Below are positions 8,891 to 16,905 of a stretch of 64,000 nt of DNA, piece after piece (position 1 is the first letter of the stretch; each line of letters starts with the position of its first letter). This stretch comes from Acidobacteriota bacterium (GTDB lineage: Bacteria > Acidobacteriota > UBA890 > WLXD01). The notes below the pieces were generated by a model, which had not been told where the DNA came from, made no database searches, and saw only the letters and a list, made by a program, of their open reading frames with translations. The translations under genes were made by a program, and so were the position numbers. The DNA lies in NCBI GenBank assembly GCA_965248695.1, contig CBDFKD010000002.1, positions 1,728,001 to 1,792,000 on the forward strand. The letters run 5' to 3'.

Positions 8891-9862
8891 TCAGGCCACA
8901 CGCGGCTGTTCGTCGAGGTCATCAGAATCGGGCTCCTCTGTAAGTCGTAGGAATACCTGCTCGAGGCTGAGCTCGGTACGGGTCATGCCGAGAAGCTCCC
9001 AGCCGCCGTTGACGATCGCCGCGGCAAGTCGGGATCGGAGGTCTCTGTCGGCGGAGGTGGCAACCTCGCAGCGCCAGCAACCCGGCTCGGTATCGTCGAG
9101 CAGCACGACGCTGTCGGCGCCGACGACTGCTTGCAGCGAGCGCCGCATCGCATCCACGTCGCCACGCGCGTGCAGCACGATCCGTTGACCGCCGCTGAAC
9201 CGCCGGGTCAGCGCCTCGACCGTATCGGTAGCAACGACGGTGCCCCGGTGCACCACTACAAGCCGCTCGCAGGACGCGGCGATCTCGTTGAGAATGTGGC
9301 TCGACAGAATCACGGTGTGGTCGCCGGCGAGCTGACGAATGAGTTGCCGCACCTCGATGATCTGCCGCGGGTCGAGCCCCGAGGTCGGTTCGTCGAGAAC
9401 CAGTAGATCCGGCGAGTGAAGGATCGCCTGCGCCAATCCGACACGCTGCCGGTAGCCCTTGGAAAGCTGCTCGATCGGTTGCTCGGCTCGGTCCTCGAGC
9501 CAGCATAGGGTCAGGGCGCGATCGACTGCGTCGGCGCGCTTCGACCTGCGCATGCCCTTGAGCTCCGCCACGAACATGAGGTACGCGCGGACCCGCATCT
9601 CCGGGTACAGCGGCGGCACCTCAGGTAAGTAGCCCACCCGCCGCTTCACCGCCAGTGGCTCGCGAGCTACATCGTGTCCGGCAACCCGGACCACGCCCGA
9701 CGTGGGGGGCATCGCGCCCATCAGGATCCGCATGGCGGTGGTCTTGCCGGCGCCGTTCGGTCCCAGCAATCCCACGACCTCGCCGGCGGCGACGTCGAAC
9801 GAGATTCCGTCCAGGGCGGCAACCGAACCGAAACGCTTGGTGAGATTCTCGATGTGGATCAT
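8891..9862 (-). CDS. ABC transporter ATP-binding protein (GldA-like)
   Basis: GPNGAGKTT, signature LSKGYRQRVGLAQA, LDEPTSGLDP, SSH, C-terminal SLEQVFLRLT. Confidence 0.93.
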   Translation of the reverse strand: MIHIENLTKRFGSVAALDGISFDVAAGEVVGLLGPNGAGKTTAMRILMGAMPPTSGVVRVAGHDVAREPLAVKRRVGYLPEVPPLYPEMRVRAYLMFVAELKGMRRSKRADAVDRALTLCWLEDRAEQPIEQLSKGYRQRVGLAQAILHSPDLLVLDEPTSGLDPRQIIEVRQLIRQLAGDHTVILSSHILNEIAASCERLVVVHRGTVVATDTVEALTRRFSGGQRIVLHARGDVDAMRRSLQAVVGADSVVLLDDTEPGCWRCEVATSADRDLRSRLAAAIVNGGWELLGMTRTELSLEQVFLRLTEEPDSDDLDEQPRVA

Positions 9863-9891
9863 CGAATGTCCGGGGTGGGGGTGGCAGGGAC

Positions 9892-9933
9892 AAGAAAGGC
9901 CGCCGGGAGGTCATTCGCAGCCTCCCGACGGCC
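9892..9933 (-). terminator. Intrinsic terminator-like hairpin upstream of the ABC operon
   Basis: Minus strand GGCCGTCGGGAGG-loop-CCTCCCGGCGGCC followed by TTTCTT. Confidence 0.65.
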
Positions 9934-10080
9934 AAATCTTCGCCAATCCGGACAGGTCGATGCTAGCTCATAATCACATAAGCCACTTTTTCATTCCCAT
10001 GACAGTACTTGTCCGTCCATGGCCCTCCTTGTCATATCCTGAGAGGTCAAGAACGGTCAAAACTAGCTTGAAGTGACTAA

Positions 10081-10578
10081 TCACCGAATTCCACCGACCC
10101 CGGCCAACACGGCAGTTTGATCGTCGCCACCCGTATGCCAGCCCCAGGGCTGATCAAAGCGAGTCTCGATCTGCTCGTTGGGCCCGGCAGAGTAGCAGAC
10201 TACAGCCGAGCTGAAGAACGGCTGGTGGCGCCTCCAATACGCATGCGTGTTGTACAGCGTAGCCGGCGGCAAGTGCAGAGCGAAGACGTTTGCCATATAG
10301 CGATTGCCCCACGGATCGGCGTTGATCCTGTCGGCGATGTAGGGGCCGCGCCAGTGGAACATGTCCATGGGATCCACCGTGCCGGGATAGCGACCCAGAT
10401 TGAGCGGACCGTTGCCGTAGCCGCTATAGCCGCCAGCCGCGAGGGCGTCGGAAGTGGTCACTACACCGTTGTGGATGAGTTGGTCGGCAAACCCATCGAC
10501 CAGAAACCTCAGGCCGACCTGGTAGTGCGCGTCGGTGGTGGCGCTAAACGAAGCCCCGCGCTCTAGCTGCCACTGGGT
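10081..10578 (-). pseudogene. 5'-truncated GspG-like pilin paralog
   Basis: Frame is open from the IS end (TQWQLERG...FLVDGFADQLIHN...WRGPY...DPWGNRYMANVFALH...FSSAVVCYSAGPN...GGDD); prepilin N-terminus is absent. Confidence 0.8.
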
Positions 10579-10612
10579 TGACCTGACCCCGCGGTTAGTA
10601 CCATGTCTTATC

Positions 10613-11497
10613 TCAGTAACTCGGTGCTGACAAGAGGTTGTTGAGGCCGGCGAAGCGGAGCGCAGCCGGCTTCAACAACGTCGCTTCGGGTGCGGGCGGC
10701 CGATAGCTCAGCGAGCTGTGCGGTCGCATGCGGTTGTAGTGCTGACGCCATCTCTCGATCAGAACCTTTGCCTCCTTGAGCGTGTAGAAGATCTCTCCAT
10801 CCAGCAGCTCGTCGCGTAGCTTGCCGTTGAAGCTCTCCACGTAACCGTTCTCCCACGGCGAGCCCGGCTCGATGAACAGCGTCCCCACGCCCAACCGGCC
10901 CAGCCAGTCGCGAACCGCCTCGGCGGTGAACTCTGGTCCGTTATCCGACCGGATGTGCTCAGGTATGCCCCGGTGTACGAACAACCTCCCGAGCTGCTCC
11001 AGCACGTCCTCAGAGTTGAGCTTCCGTGCTACATGGATCGCCAGGCTTTCTCGTGTGTACTCATCGACGATCGTCAGCAGCCTCATAGCCCGACCGTCGT
11101 GCGTCCGGTGGTGCAGGAAGTCATACGCCCAGACATGATCCCGGTGCTGTGGGCGCAGCCGGATGCAGGAGCCATCGCTCAGCCACAGCCGTGCTCGTTT
11201 GGGCTGTTTTCTCGGTACTTTCAGCCCTTCGCGCCGCCAGATACGCTGCACTCGTTTGTGGTTCACGGACCAGCCCTCCATGCGCAGCAACGCTGTCACC
11301 CTCCGATATCCGTAGCGCCCGTACTGTCGGGCTAAATCCACGATCCGCTCCGTCAAAATCTGCTCCTGTTGCGGCTCTCTTGGCACGTACCGGTGTGTCG
11401 TGCGTGGTTGTTTCAGTACCCGACACGCCCGCCTCTCCGAGACGCCCAGCCGCCCCCGTACATGTGCCACCGCCTCTCGCCGCCGAGCTGGGCTCAG
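10613..11497 (-). CDS. IS3 transposase OrfB (DDE integrase core)
   Basis: YGYRRV, VNHKRV, WAYDF, RSDNGPEF, PWENGYVESFNGKLRDE, YNRMRPHSSL. 5' boundary approximate because it is expressed by frameshift. Confidence 0.92.
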   Translation of the reverse strand: MSPARRREAVAHVRGRLGVSERRACRVLKQPRTTHRYVPREPQQEQILTERIVDLARQYGRYGYRRVTALLRMEGWSVNHKRVQRIWRREGLKVPRKQPKRARLWLSDGSCIRLRPQHRDHVWAYDFLHHRTHDGRAMRLLTIVDEYTRESLAIHVARKLNSEDVLEQLGRLFVHRGIPEHIRSDNGPEFTAEAVRDWLGRLGVGTLFIEPGSPWENGYVESFNGKLRDELLDGEIFYTLKEAKVLIERWRQHYNRMRPHSSLSYRPPAPEATLLKPAALRFAGLNNLLSAPSY

Positions 11498-11772
11498 AAG
11501 TTTCCCTCCGCCACTTCCTTCAGGATCGACAGGTCGAGTTCCTTTTCCGCCACCAGCCTCTTGAGCCGGGCATTCTCCTTCTCCAGTTGCTTGAGCTTTC
11601 TGGCCTGGTTGAGCTTCAGTCCGCCGTACTCTCGCCGCCACCGGTAGTAGGTGTGCTCGGTGATTGCTAGCTTGCGGCAGGCATCCTTGACCGTCGCCCC
11701 TCGAGCCAGCTCCACCTCAGCCTCCCGGAGCTTGCGTACGATCTGCTCGGCGCTGTGCCTCTTACTCGGCAT
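11494..11772 (-). CDS. IS3 transposase OrfA (HTH)
   Basis: KRHSAEQIVRKLRE...TYYRWRREYGGL...LEKENARLKRLVAE leucine zipper. Confidence 0.92.
   Translation of the reverse strand: MPSKRHSAEQIVRKLREAEVELARGATVKDACRKLAITEHTYYRWRREYGGLKLNQARKLKQLEKENARLKRLVAEKELDLSILKEVAEGNF
11500..11506 (-). other. Probable -1 programmed frameshift site (G GGA AAC) joining orfA and orfB
   Basis: Minus strand GAG GGA AAC TTC TGA at the end of orfA; X XXY YYZ slippery heptamer, with orfB in the -1 frame. Confidence 0.75.
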
Positions 11773-11908
11773 TCTGACCTCCCGTTCTTGACCCAGATCG
11801 TGAGATTACATCCGGATCCGTTTTCGGGGGTCAGGTCAGTCCGCCGATGGCGCGTGCACCTAGACAAACTAGCTGCGCGGGCGAGAGGTTCGGCGCCGGC
11901 ACATTGAG

Positions 11909-11948
11909 AAAAAGGCCGCCCGCCGAGCTTGGAGCTCGACGGGCGGCC
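11909..11948 (-). terminator. Intrinsic terminator after pilin 12024..12800
   Basis: Minus strand GGCCGCCCGTCGAGCT-CCA-AGCTCGGCGGGCGGCC-TTTTT. Confidence 0.8.
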
Positions 11949-12023
11949 ATAGCGTCACATTGCGCCTCCTCTTCACCGATCGGTATGGGGCCCGGCCGGA
12001 TCCGAGGTGGTGCGACGCTCCAG

Positions 12024-12800
12024 CTACATGGGCCCACCGGCGCTGAGCACGACGGCGATGTCGTCGCCGCCGGTCATCCATCCCCATAACCCGTCCTCGT
12101 CATCGTCGGCGAGGGTCTGGTTGAAGAACGTATCGATGCCGCTGTCGGGGCCGGCCGAGTAGCAGACCACTGCTGAGGTGAAGATGCGCTGGCCGTCCTC
12201 CCAGAGCGCGTTGCCCCTGGGGTTGGCGTACAGCGCGAAGCTGTTGACAGCGTAGCGGTTCATCCAGGGATCGGTGCTGATCTTGTCGAAGTAGGGTCCA
12301 CGCCAGCCGAAGAACATGCTCCCCAACTCGGGATGGTTGATGGGATCGGGGTACTGCGTGCCCAAGTCGTCGCCGCCCGGATCGTTCTGCTGCAGGTGGT
12401 TCTCGAGCCGATCGACGTAGAAGCGCTGTTCGCCGATTCCACCGGTGTCGTAGTGCTCGGCGAAGTAGTTACCTACTTGCCGACGCCAGTGGCCGCCGAA
12501 CACAATGCCGTCGTCGAGCGATCCGCGCTTGGGCGTCGAGCCGGGGCCGACCAGCAGGCCGATCGGCTGCTCGAGGTTGCCCGGGTTGAGGTAGAGCGCG
12601 TTCCTTTGCACCTCGTCGAGCATCTTCTTGACGCTGGAGCACAGAACGGTGAGGTCTTCCTTGAACTTCACGAAGCGCGCCAGGCGATTGTAGTTGCCCA
12701 ACTGCGGCAGCATGATGGTCGACAGAATAACGAGAACGAGGAGGATGATCGTCACCTCTACCAAGGTGAAGCCATCCTGCCTACGAAGCGAAAGCTTCAT
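12024..12800 (-). CDS. Large GspG-type prepilin (cassette paralog)
   Basis: Start MKLSLRRQDG/FTLVEVTIILLVLVILSTIMLP with RBS GGGAG; WRGPY, DPWMNRY, VVCYSAGPD, GGDD. Confidence 0.85.
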   Translation of the reverse strand: MKLSLRRQDGFTLVEVTIILLVLVILSTIMLPQLGNYNRLARFVKFKEDLTVLCSSVKKMLDEVQRNALYLNPGNLEQPIGLLVGPGSTPKRGSLDDGIVFGGHWRRQVGNYFAEHYDTGGIGEQRFYVDRLENHLQQNDPGGDDLGTQYPDPINHPELGSMFFGWRGPYFDKISTDPWMNRYAVNSFALYANPRGNALWEDGQRIFTSAVVCYSAGPDSGIDTFFNQTLADDDEDGLWGWMTGGDDIAVVLSAGGPM

Positions 12801-13385
12801 GGTGGGTCTCCCTGTTTTGCTGCAGCGCTGCTCCCGCTCCGGGGCAGCGCCGGTGCTGTCGCGAGGCCCCCTGCGGGTGCCTCGCCCGGCCTCCCGACGA
12901 CGCGTGCCGTCTTCGCCTCCGATTCCCAGCTCGGAGCGGGTTGAGCCCGCCACAGCTAGCCGTCGGTGCTCAGCCGACGACCGGAGACCGGTCCCCATCG
13001 CGACCGCGTCCGCATCGGGTTTCGATGCGCTCGCCGCCGTGTGCGATGAGATGCGATCACTTTAGAGTCTGTGCTACGTAGGCCAAACCAGATCGGGCCC
13101 CACTTGGCCGCGGTTGCCGCTGCCTTCGGCCGCCCAAGGTCGTGGCATCGGCAAGGCAGTCCAAAAGGCGGCCGAGATTTGCAGGGCGAGGCGATGCGGT
13201 CCCGGGGCTTGCGGCGCCGGACCGTCGCGGGCGGCGACGGCCATCGCCGGCCGACACTCGACCGAGCCCCGGCACGCCCGGCAAGCAATCGCGATCCGCG
13301 GCGGGCGGCTGGGGAGCTCGCCCGCACGAGCGTGCCTACAGCGCCGCGGGCCGAACACACGCGGGCGCGATCGGCACCAGGGTTG

Positions 13386-13427
13386 AAACAAACAAGGAAG
13401 CCCGGCCATCGTGCGATGACCGGGCTT
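13386..13427 (-). terminator. Intrinsic terminator after pilin 13485..14246
   Basis: Minus strand AAGCCCGGTCATCG-CA-CGATGGCCGGGCTT then CCTTGTTTGTTT; preceded by a perfect 10-bp hairpin at 13441-13464. Confidence 0.75.
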
Positions 13428-13484
13428 TCTCGGGGAGGCAGCGACTGCCGGGCACGGCAGTCGCCAACGACACGTGCTGGATCT

Positions 13485-14246
13485 TTAGAAGGGGCCCCCG
13501 GCGCTTAGAATCACCGCCAGGTCATCATCAGCGGTGCGCCAGCCGTTGAAGCCATCGCCATCGCCGTCGTTCATCGACTGGTTGAAGCTCGTATCGACGG
13601 CACCGTCGGGACCGGCGGACAGGCAGACCACCGCGGAGGTGAACAGACCCCGTCCCTCCTCGGCGTCCTTGTCGCGGTGCAGCGCGAATACGTTGGAGGC
13701 GTAGCGGTTGCCCCAGGCGTCGGTGGTGAACTCGTCGAAGTACGGTCCGCGCCAGCCGAAGAACGCCCCGGCTGCCCAGCGCTGCGGATTGTCGATCGGG
13801 TTCTTGTAGCGGAACGACGGATCCTGGCTGCCCTCTTCGAGCGGGTTGTTCTGCTGCAGATGGTTCTCGAAGCGGTCGACCTTGAAGTACACCTGTGTGC
13901 CGAGCACGTCGGTCTCCTCGCCGAAAGTCGCGCCGGGGTTCTCCAGCCAGTTGCTGTTGCCGCCAGAGGAGCCGCCCACCGGAGAGCGTCCCGGACCGAC
14001 GAGCAAGCCGATAGGCTGCTCGCGCCACCTGGGTTCCCCATAGAAGCCGCCCAACATCACCTCGTCGAGCATCTTCTTCATGCCCGAGCAGATCGCGCCG
14101 AGGTCTTCCTTGACCTTGACGAAGCGAGCCAGCCGATTGAAGTTGCCGAGCTGCGGCAACATGATCGTCGACAAGATCACCAGCACCAGCAAGATGATGG
14201 TGACCTCGATGAGAGTAAAGCCGCGATTGTCGTCGCGAAGCTGCAT
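13485..14246 (-). CDS. Large GspG-type prepilin (cassette paralog)
   Basis: MQLRDDNRG/FTLIEVTIILLVLVILSTIMLP, RBS GGGAGG; WRGPY, DAWGNRY, VVCLSAGPD, DDD. Confidence 0.88.
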   Translation of the reverse strand: MQLRDDNRGFTLIEVTIILLVLVILSTIMLPQLGNFNRLARFVKVKEDLGAICSGMKKMLDEVMLGGFYGEPRWREQPIGLLVGPGRSPVGGSSGGNSNWLENPGATFGEETDVLGTQVYFKVDRFENHLQQNNPLEEGSQDPSFRYKNPIDNPQRWAAGAFFGWRGPYFDEFTTDAWGNRYASNVFALHRDKDAEEGRGLFTSAVVCLSAGPDGAVDTSFNQSMNDGDGDGFNGWRTADDDLAVILSAGGPF

Positions 14247-14674
14247 GGTTCTGGGCCTCCCTGTAGTGCCCGGCGTCCGGGGAGACGTCGCCCGAGCACG
14301 TGTCGTAGGGGAATCGTAGGGTTACGGGGCAGTCACCCCCAACCTGCCCGTCTCACTCGTGGCCGCGGTTGTCACCCCCGAACTGCGTTTCCGTGTGCAC
14401 CCGTGGCAGCCGGAGCCAGGCACAGTCGGGGCCGTGCGACCGGGCTCCAGAACTAGCTGCAGAGGCCAGGCACGTCCAATCGAGGCAAACTGCGGCGCGG
14501 ATCCGGGCCGCGAGAAGCTCACCGGAACGCCAACGCCGAACAAGCGTGCGCCGGCGGCGGCCAAGACAAGCGAAGGGCGAGGCACCTGAGTACCTCGCCC
14601 TCGTTCAGGAAGGTTCGATGCTAACGGTCGCGCGGTCTGGCAATCGAACCGTCGGCTTGTCCGTTGACCACTGA

Positions 14675-15442
14675 CTACATCGGCCCGCCACCGCTTAGCA
14701 GCGCCGTGAGATCGTCGTCGCCGGTGGTCCAGCCATAGGGCTGGTTGAAGTCTGTGTCGACGTTGCCATCCGGTCCGGCACTGAAGCAGACCACTGCGGA
14801 GCTGAACCGATCTAGCGGTCCCACCTCGGGTGGGCTGTAGAGCGCGAACACGTTCACCGCGTAGCGGTTGCCCCAGGGATCGGGCGAGATGTCGTCGTTC
14901 ATGTAGGGGCCGCGCCAGGCGAAGAGGCTGTTGAACCCCTGTTCCATGTCGTTGGGAGTACGCCAGCGGTTGCCGGCATCGCCCATCGGCGTGTTGGAGA
15001 TCAGATGGTTGCCGAGCATGTCGACCTGGAACGAGATCTCCTCGCCGGTGGCGGTCTCGACGTCGAACATGTCGAAGAAGTCGAGTCGCCACATGGAGCG
15101 ACCATCAGAATCCCCTTCCGGGCCGCTCGGCTTGTCACCCTCGCCGATCAACAGACCGGTGGCCCAGGTGCGCACCGGCGGATGATCGTAGCCGGCCTCC
15201 TCGAAGATGGCGCCCTCGCCGACGTCGTCGAGCATCGCCTTGATGACCGAGCAGATCGCACCGAGGTCTTCTTTGACTCGGACGAATCGGGCGAGCCGGT
15301 TATAGCCACCGATCTGCGGCAGCATGATGGTGCTGAGATTCACCAAGACAAGCAGGATGACGGTGACCTCGACCAGGGTGAACCCGCGCTCGGAAACAAC
15401 GTCCGGCGCCGTACGCGACTGCGCGACCTTGGGTGGAACCAT
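14675..15442 (-). CDS. Large GspG-type prepilin (cassette paralog)
   Basis: SERG/FTLVEVTVILLVLVNLSTIMLP; WRGPY, DPWGNRY, VVCFSAGPD, TGDDD. Start uncertain (ATG 15442 chosen). Confidence 0.83.
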   Translation of the reverse strand: MVPPKVAQSRTAPDVVSERGFTLVEVTVILLVLVNLSTIMLPQIGGYNRLARFVRVKEDLGAICSVIKAMLDDVGEGAIFEEAGYDHPPVRTWATGLLIGEGDKPSGPEGDSDGRSMWRLDFFDMFDVETATGEEISFQVDMLGNHLISNTPMGDAGNRWRTPNDMEQGFNSLFAWRGPYMNDDISPDPWGNRYAVNVFALYSPPEVGPLDRFSSAVVCFSAGPDGNVDTDFNQPYGWTTGDDDLTALLSGGGPM

Positions 15443-15837
15443 TCGATTGGGCCTCGTTGGGGCCACGTCGTTTGCCCCGGGCTCGATCCGGAGCGACCTG
15501 CCGGGCGACCGCGATCTGCACCGGCAGTGCCGAGACCTGGCGACGTGCGCCACGTCGTTCTGCGTAGCGTCCAATGTAGATGCACCAGGAGGCGCTAACC
15601 AAACCCAATCGCATCCAGCGGCCGCTGCTGGCCGGCCGGTCGGCGGCCGGAATCGACTAGGCTGGCAACGGCAGTCAGCCCGCGCCAGAGCGCGTAGCCT
15701 GGAGGCTCAACGCGTGCCTGCCGGCCACGGCTTGGCGGTAGTTTGCCCGCACCGCCCCTGGGTCGCCATCGCGGCCACCGGCGGTCATGAACGCGCACCG
15801 ACGGCCGCAGGCGAGCGGCCGAGAAGGATGCCGGCGG

Positions 15838-16053
15838 TCAGCCGGAGTCGCGCTCGCTGACGAGCTTGAGACCGGGGTCGCGGCCATGGTTCTTCTGCCA
15901 ATGCTCGATGTCCACATCGCGGAAACGCCAATGGCCACCGACGTTGACATATGGCAGTCGACCCTCGACAACCTCGCGCACCACAGCGTCGCGCGTCATC
16001 TCGAGACGAAGTGCCAGGGTCGCGACCGTCTCCACGCGGATGCTGCTTCTCAC
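15838..16053 (-). CDS. Small excisionase/BldC-like (HTH_17) DNA-binding protein
   Basis: ETVATLALRLEMTRDAVVREVVEGRLPYVNVGGHWRFRDVDIEHW; GTG start at 16053 (alternative 16119). Confidence 0.75.
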   Translation of the reverse strand: MRSSIRVETVATLALRLEMTRDAVVREVVEGRLPYVNVGGHWRFRDVDIEHWQKNHGRDPGLKLVSERDSG

Positions 16054-16166
16054 GTGAGCTTCCCCAACTTGATCCAGGCTTGGTGGGCAACTGGGGGGAG
16101 CGTACGCGCGCTGGTTCACGGCCTCAACGACCGGTGGCCGCCGTTGGCCGCTCCTGTCCGGTCTTT

Positions 16167-16427
16167 TCAGCTGATGCCGCTTTCGACATCAGTCGACCGC
16201 TCGGCGTCAGGATGACGCTCGAGTCGCCCTCCGCGCAGCAACTGCAACCTGGGCAAGCCGCCGGCGCGTGCCATCCAGAGCTCGACGTCGCGCTCGCGAA
16301 ATCGCCAGTTCCCGGCGATGCTGACGTAGGGCAGGCGAGAGCGGATGACCTCGCGCTCGATGGTACGGCGCGGAAGGCCGAAACGCTCTGCCAGACTTTC
16401 GACGGTCTCTAGGCGCTGCCGCTTCAT
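16167..16427 (-). CDS. Small excisionase/BldC-like (HTH_17) DNA-binding protein
   Basis: ETVESLAERFGLPRRTIEREVIRSRLPYVSIAGNWRFRERDVELW. Confidence 0.78.
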   Translation of the reverse strand: MKRQRLETVESLAERFGLPRRTIEREVIRSRLPYVSIAGNWRFRERDVELWMARAGGLPRLQLLRGGRLERHPDAERSTDVESGIS

Positions 16428-16647
16428 TACTTGCCAACCGGGGGTCAGGGACTTGCCTTGTCTGAGGGCAGAGCATGCCGGCAGCCCTGCTCACTCGCAA
16501 TAGAAGGCGGCCGCCGCTGACCATGCCCGTCCACAGACCTCGGGGGAACGTGGCGGAAGGGGTGGCGAGCGGTGGGACCCTGCACAGACTAGGGCCGCCA
16601 GGGACCCCGCGCCGGGTGGGTCAGTGCGGCGGAATGGCGCGATAGGC

Positions 16648-16905
16648 CTAGAGCGACGATTGAGCCTGTCGGCTCCGGCCGCCCTGGATCAGGCGGAATC
16701 GCGATCGCTGCAATCGGGCGCGCAGGTACGACTCGACGTCGACTTTCCGATAGCGTCGCCGTCCACCGACCTTGACGAACGGCAGCCGACCGCGGGCCAC
16801 TTCTCGCTGCACGGTTCTCGCACTGACCTGCAGATACTCTGCCAGCGAGAAGGTGGTGAACAGGTTCGTGTCCGACATCTGTGTCAATCCGACGTTGCGG
16901 CTCAT
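16648..16905 (-). CDS. Small excisionase/BldC-like (HTH_17) DNA-binding protein
   Basis: LFTTFSLAEYLQVSARTVQREVARGRLPFVKVGGRRRYRKVDVESYL; start may be 16878. Confidence 0.8.
   Translation of the reverse strand: MSRNVGLTQMSDTNLFTTFSLAEYLQVSARTVQREVARGRLPFVKVGGRRRYRKVDVESYLRARLQRSRFRLIQGGRSRQAQSSL

Larger units (their letters stand above)
10579..11838 (-). mobile_element. IS3-family insertion sequence (~1260 bp)
   Basis: Terminal inverted repeats with 12-bp perfect match TGACCTGACCCC (TG...CA ends) plus an inner ATCTCA match; orfA/orfB organisation; no clear 3-4 bp target duplication. Confidence 0.93.

Noticed and set aside
12801-16647. Additional sigma54 promoters before the individual cassettes
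   Set aside because: Candidates such as TGGACTGCCTTGC and TGGCTCCGGCTGC have GG-N8-GC spacing instead of the required GG-N10-GC.
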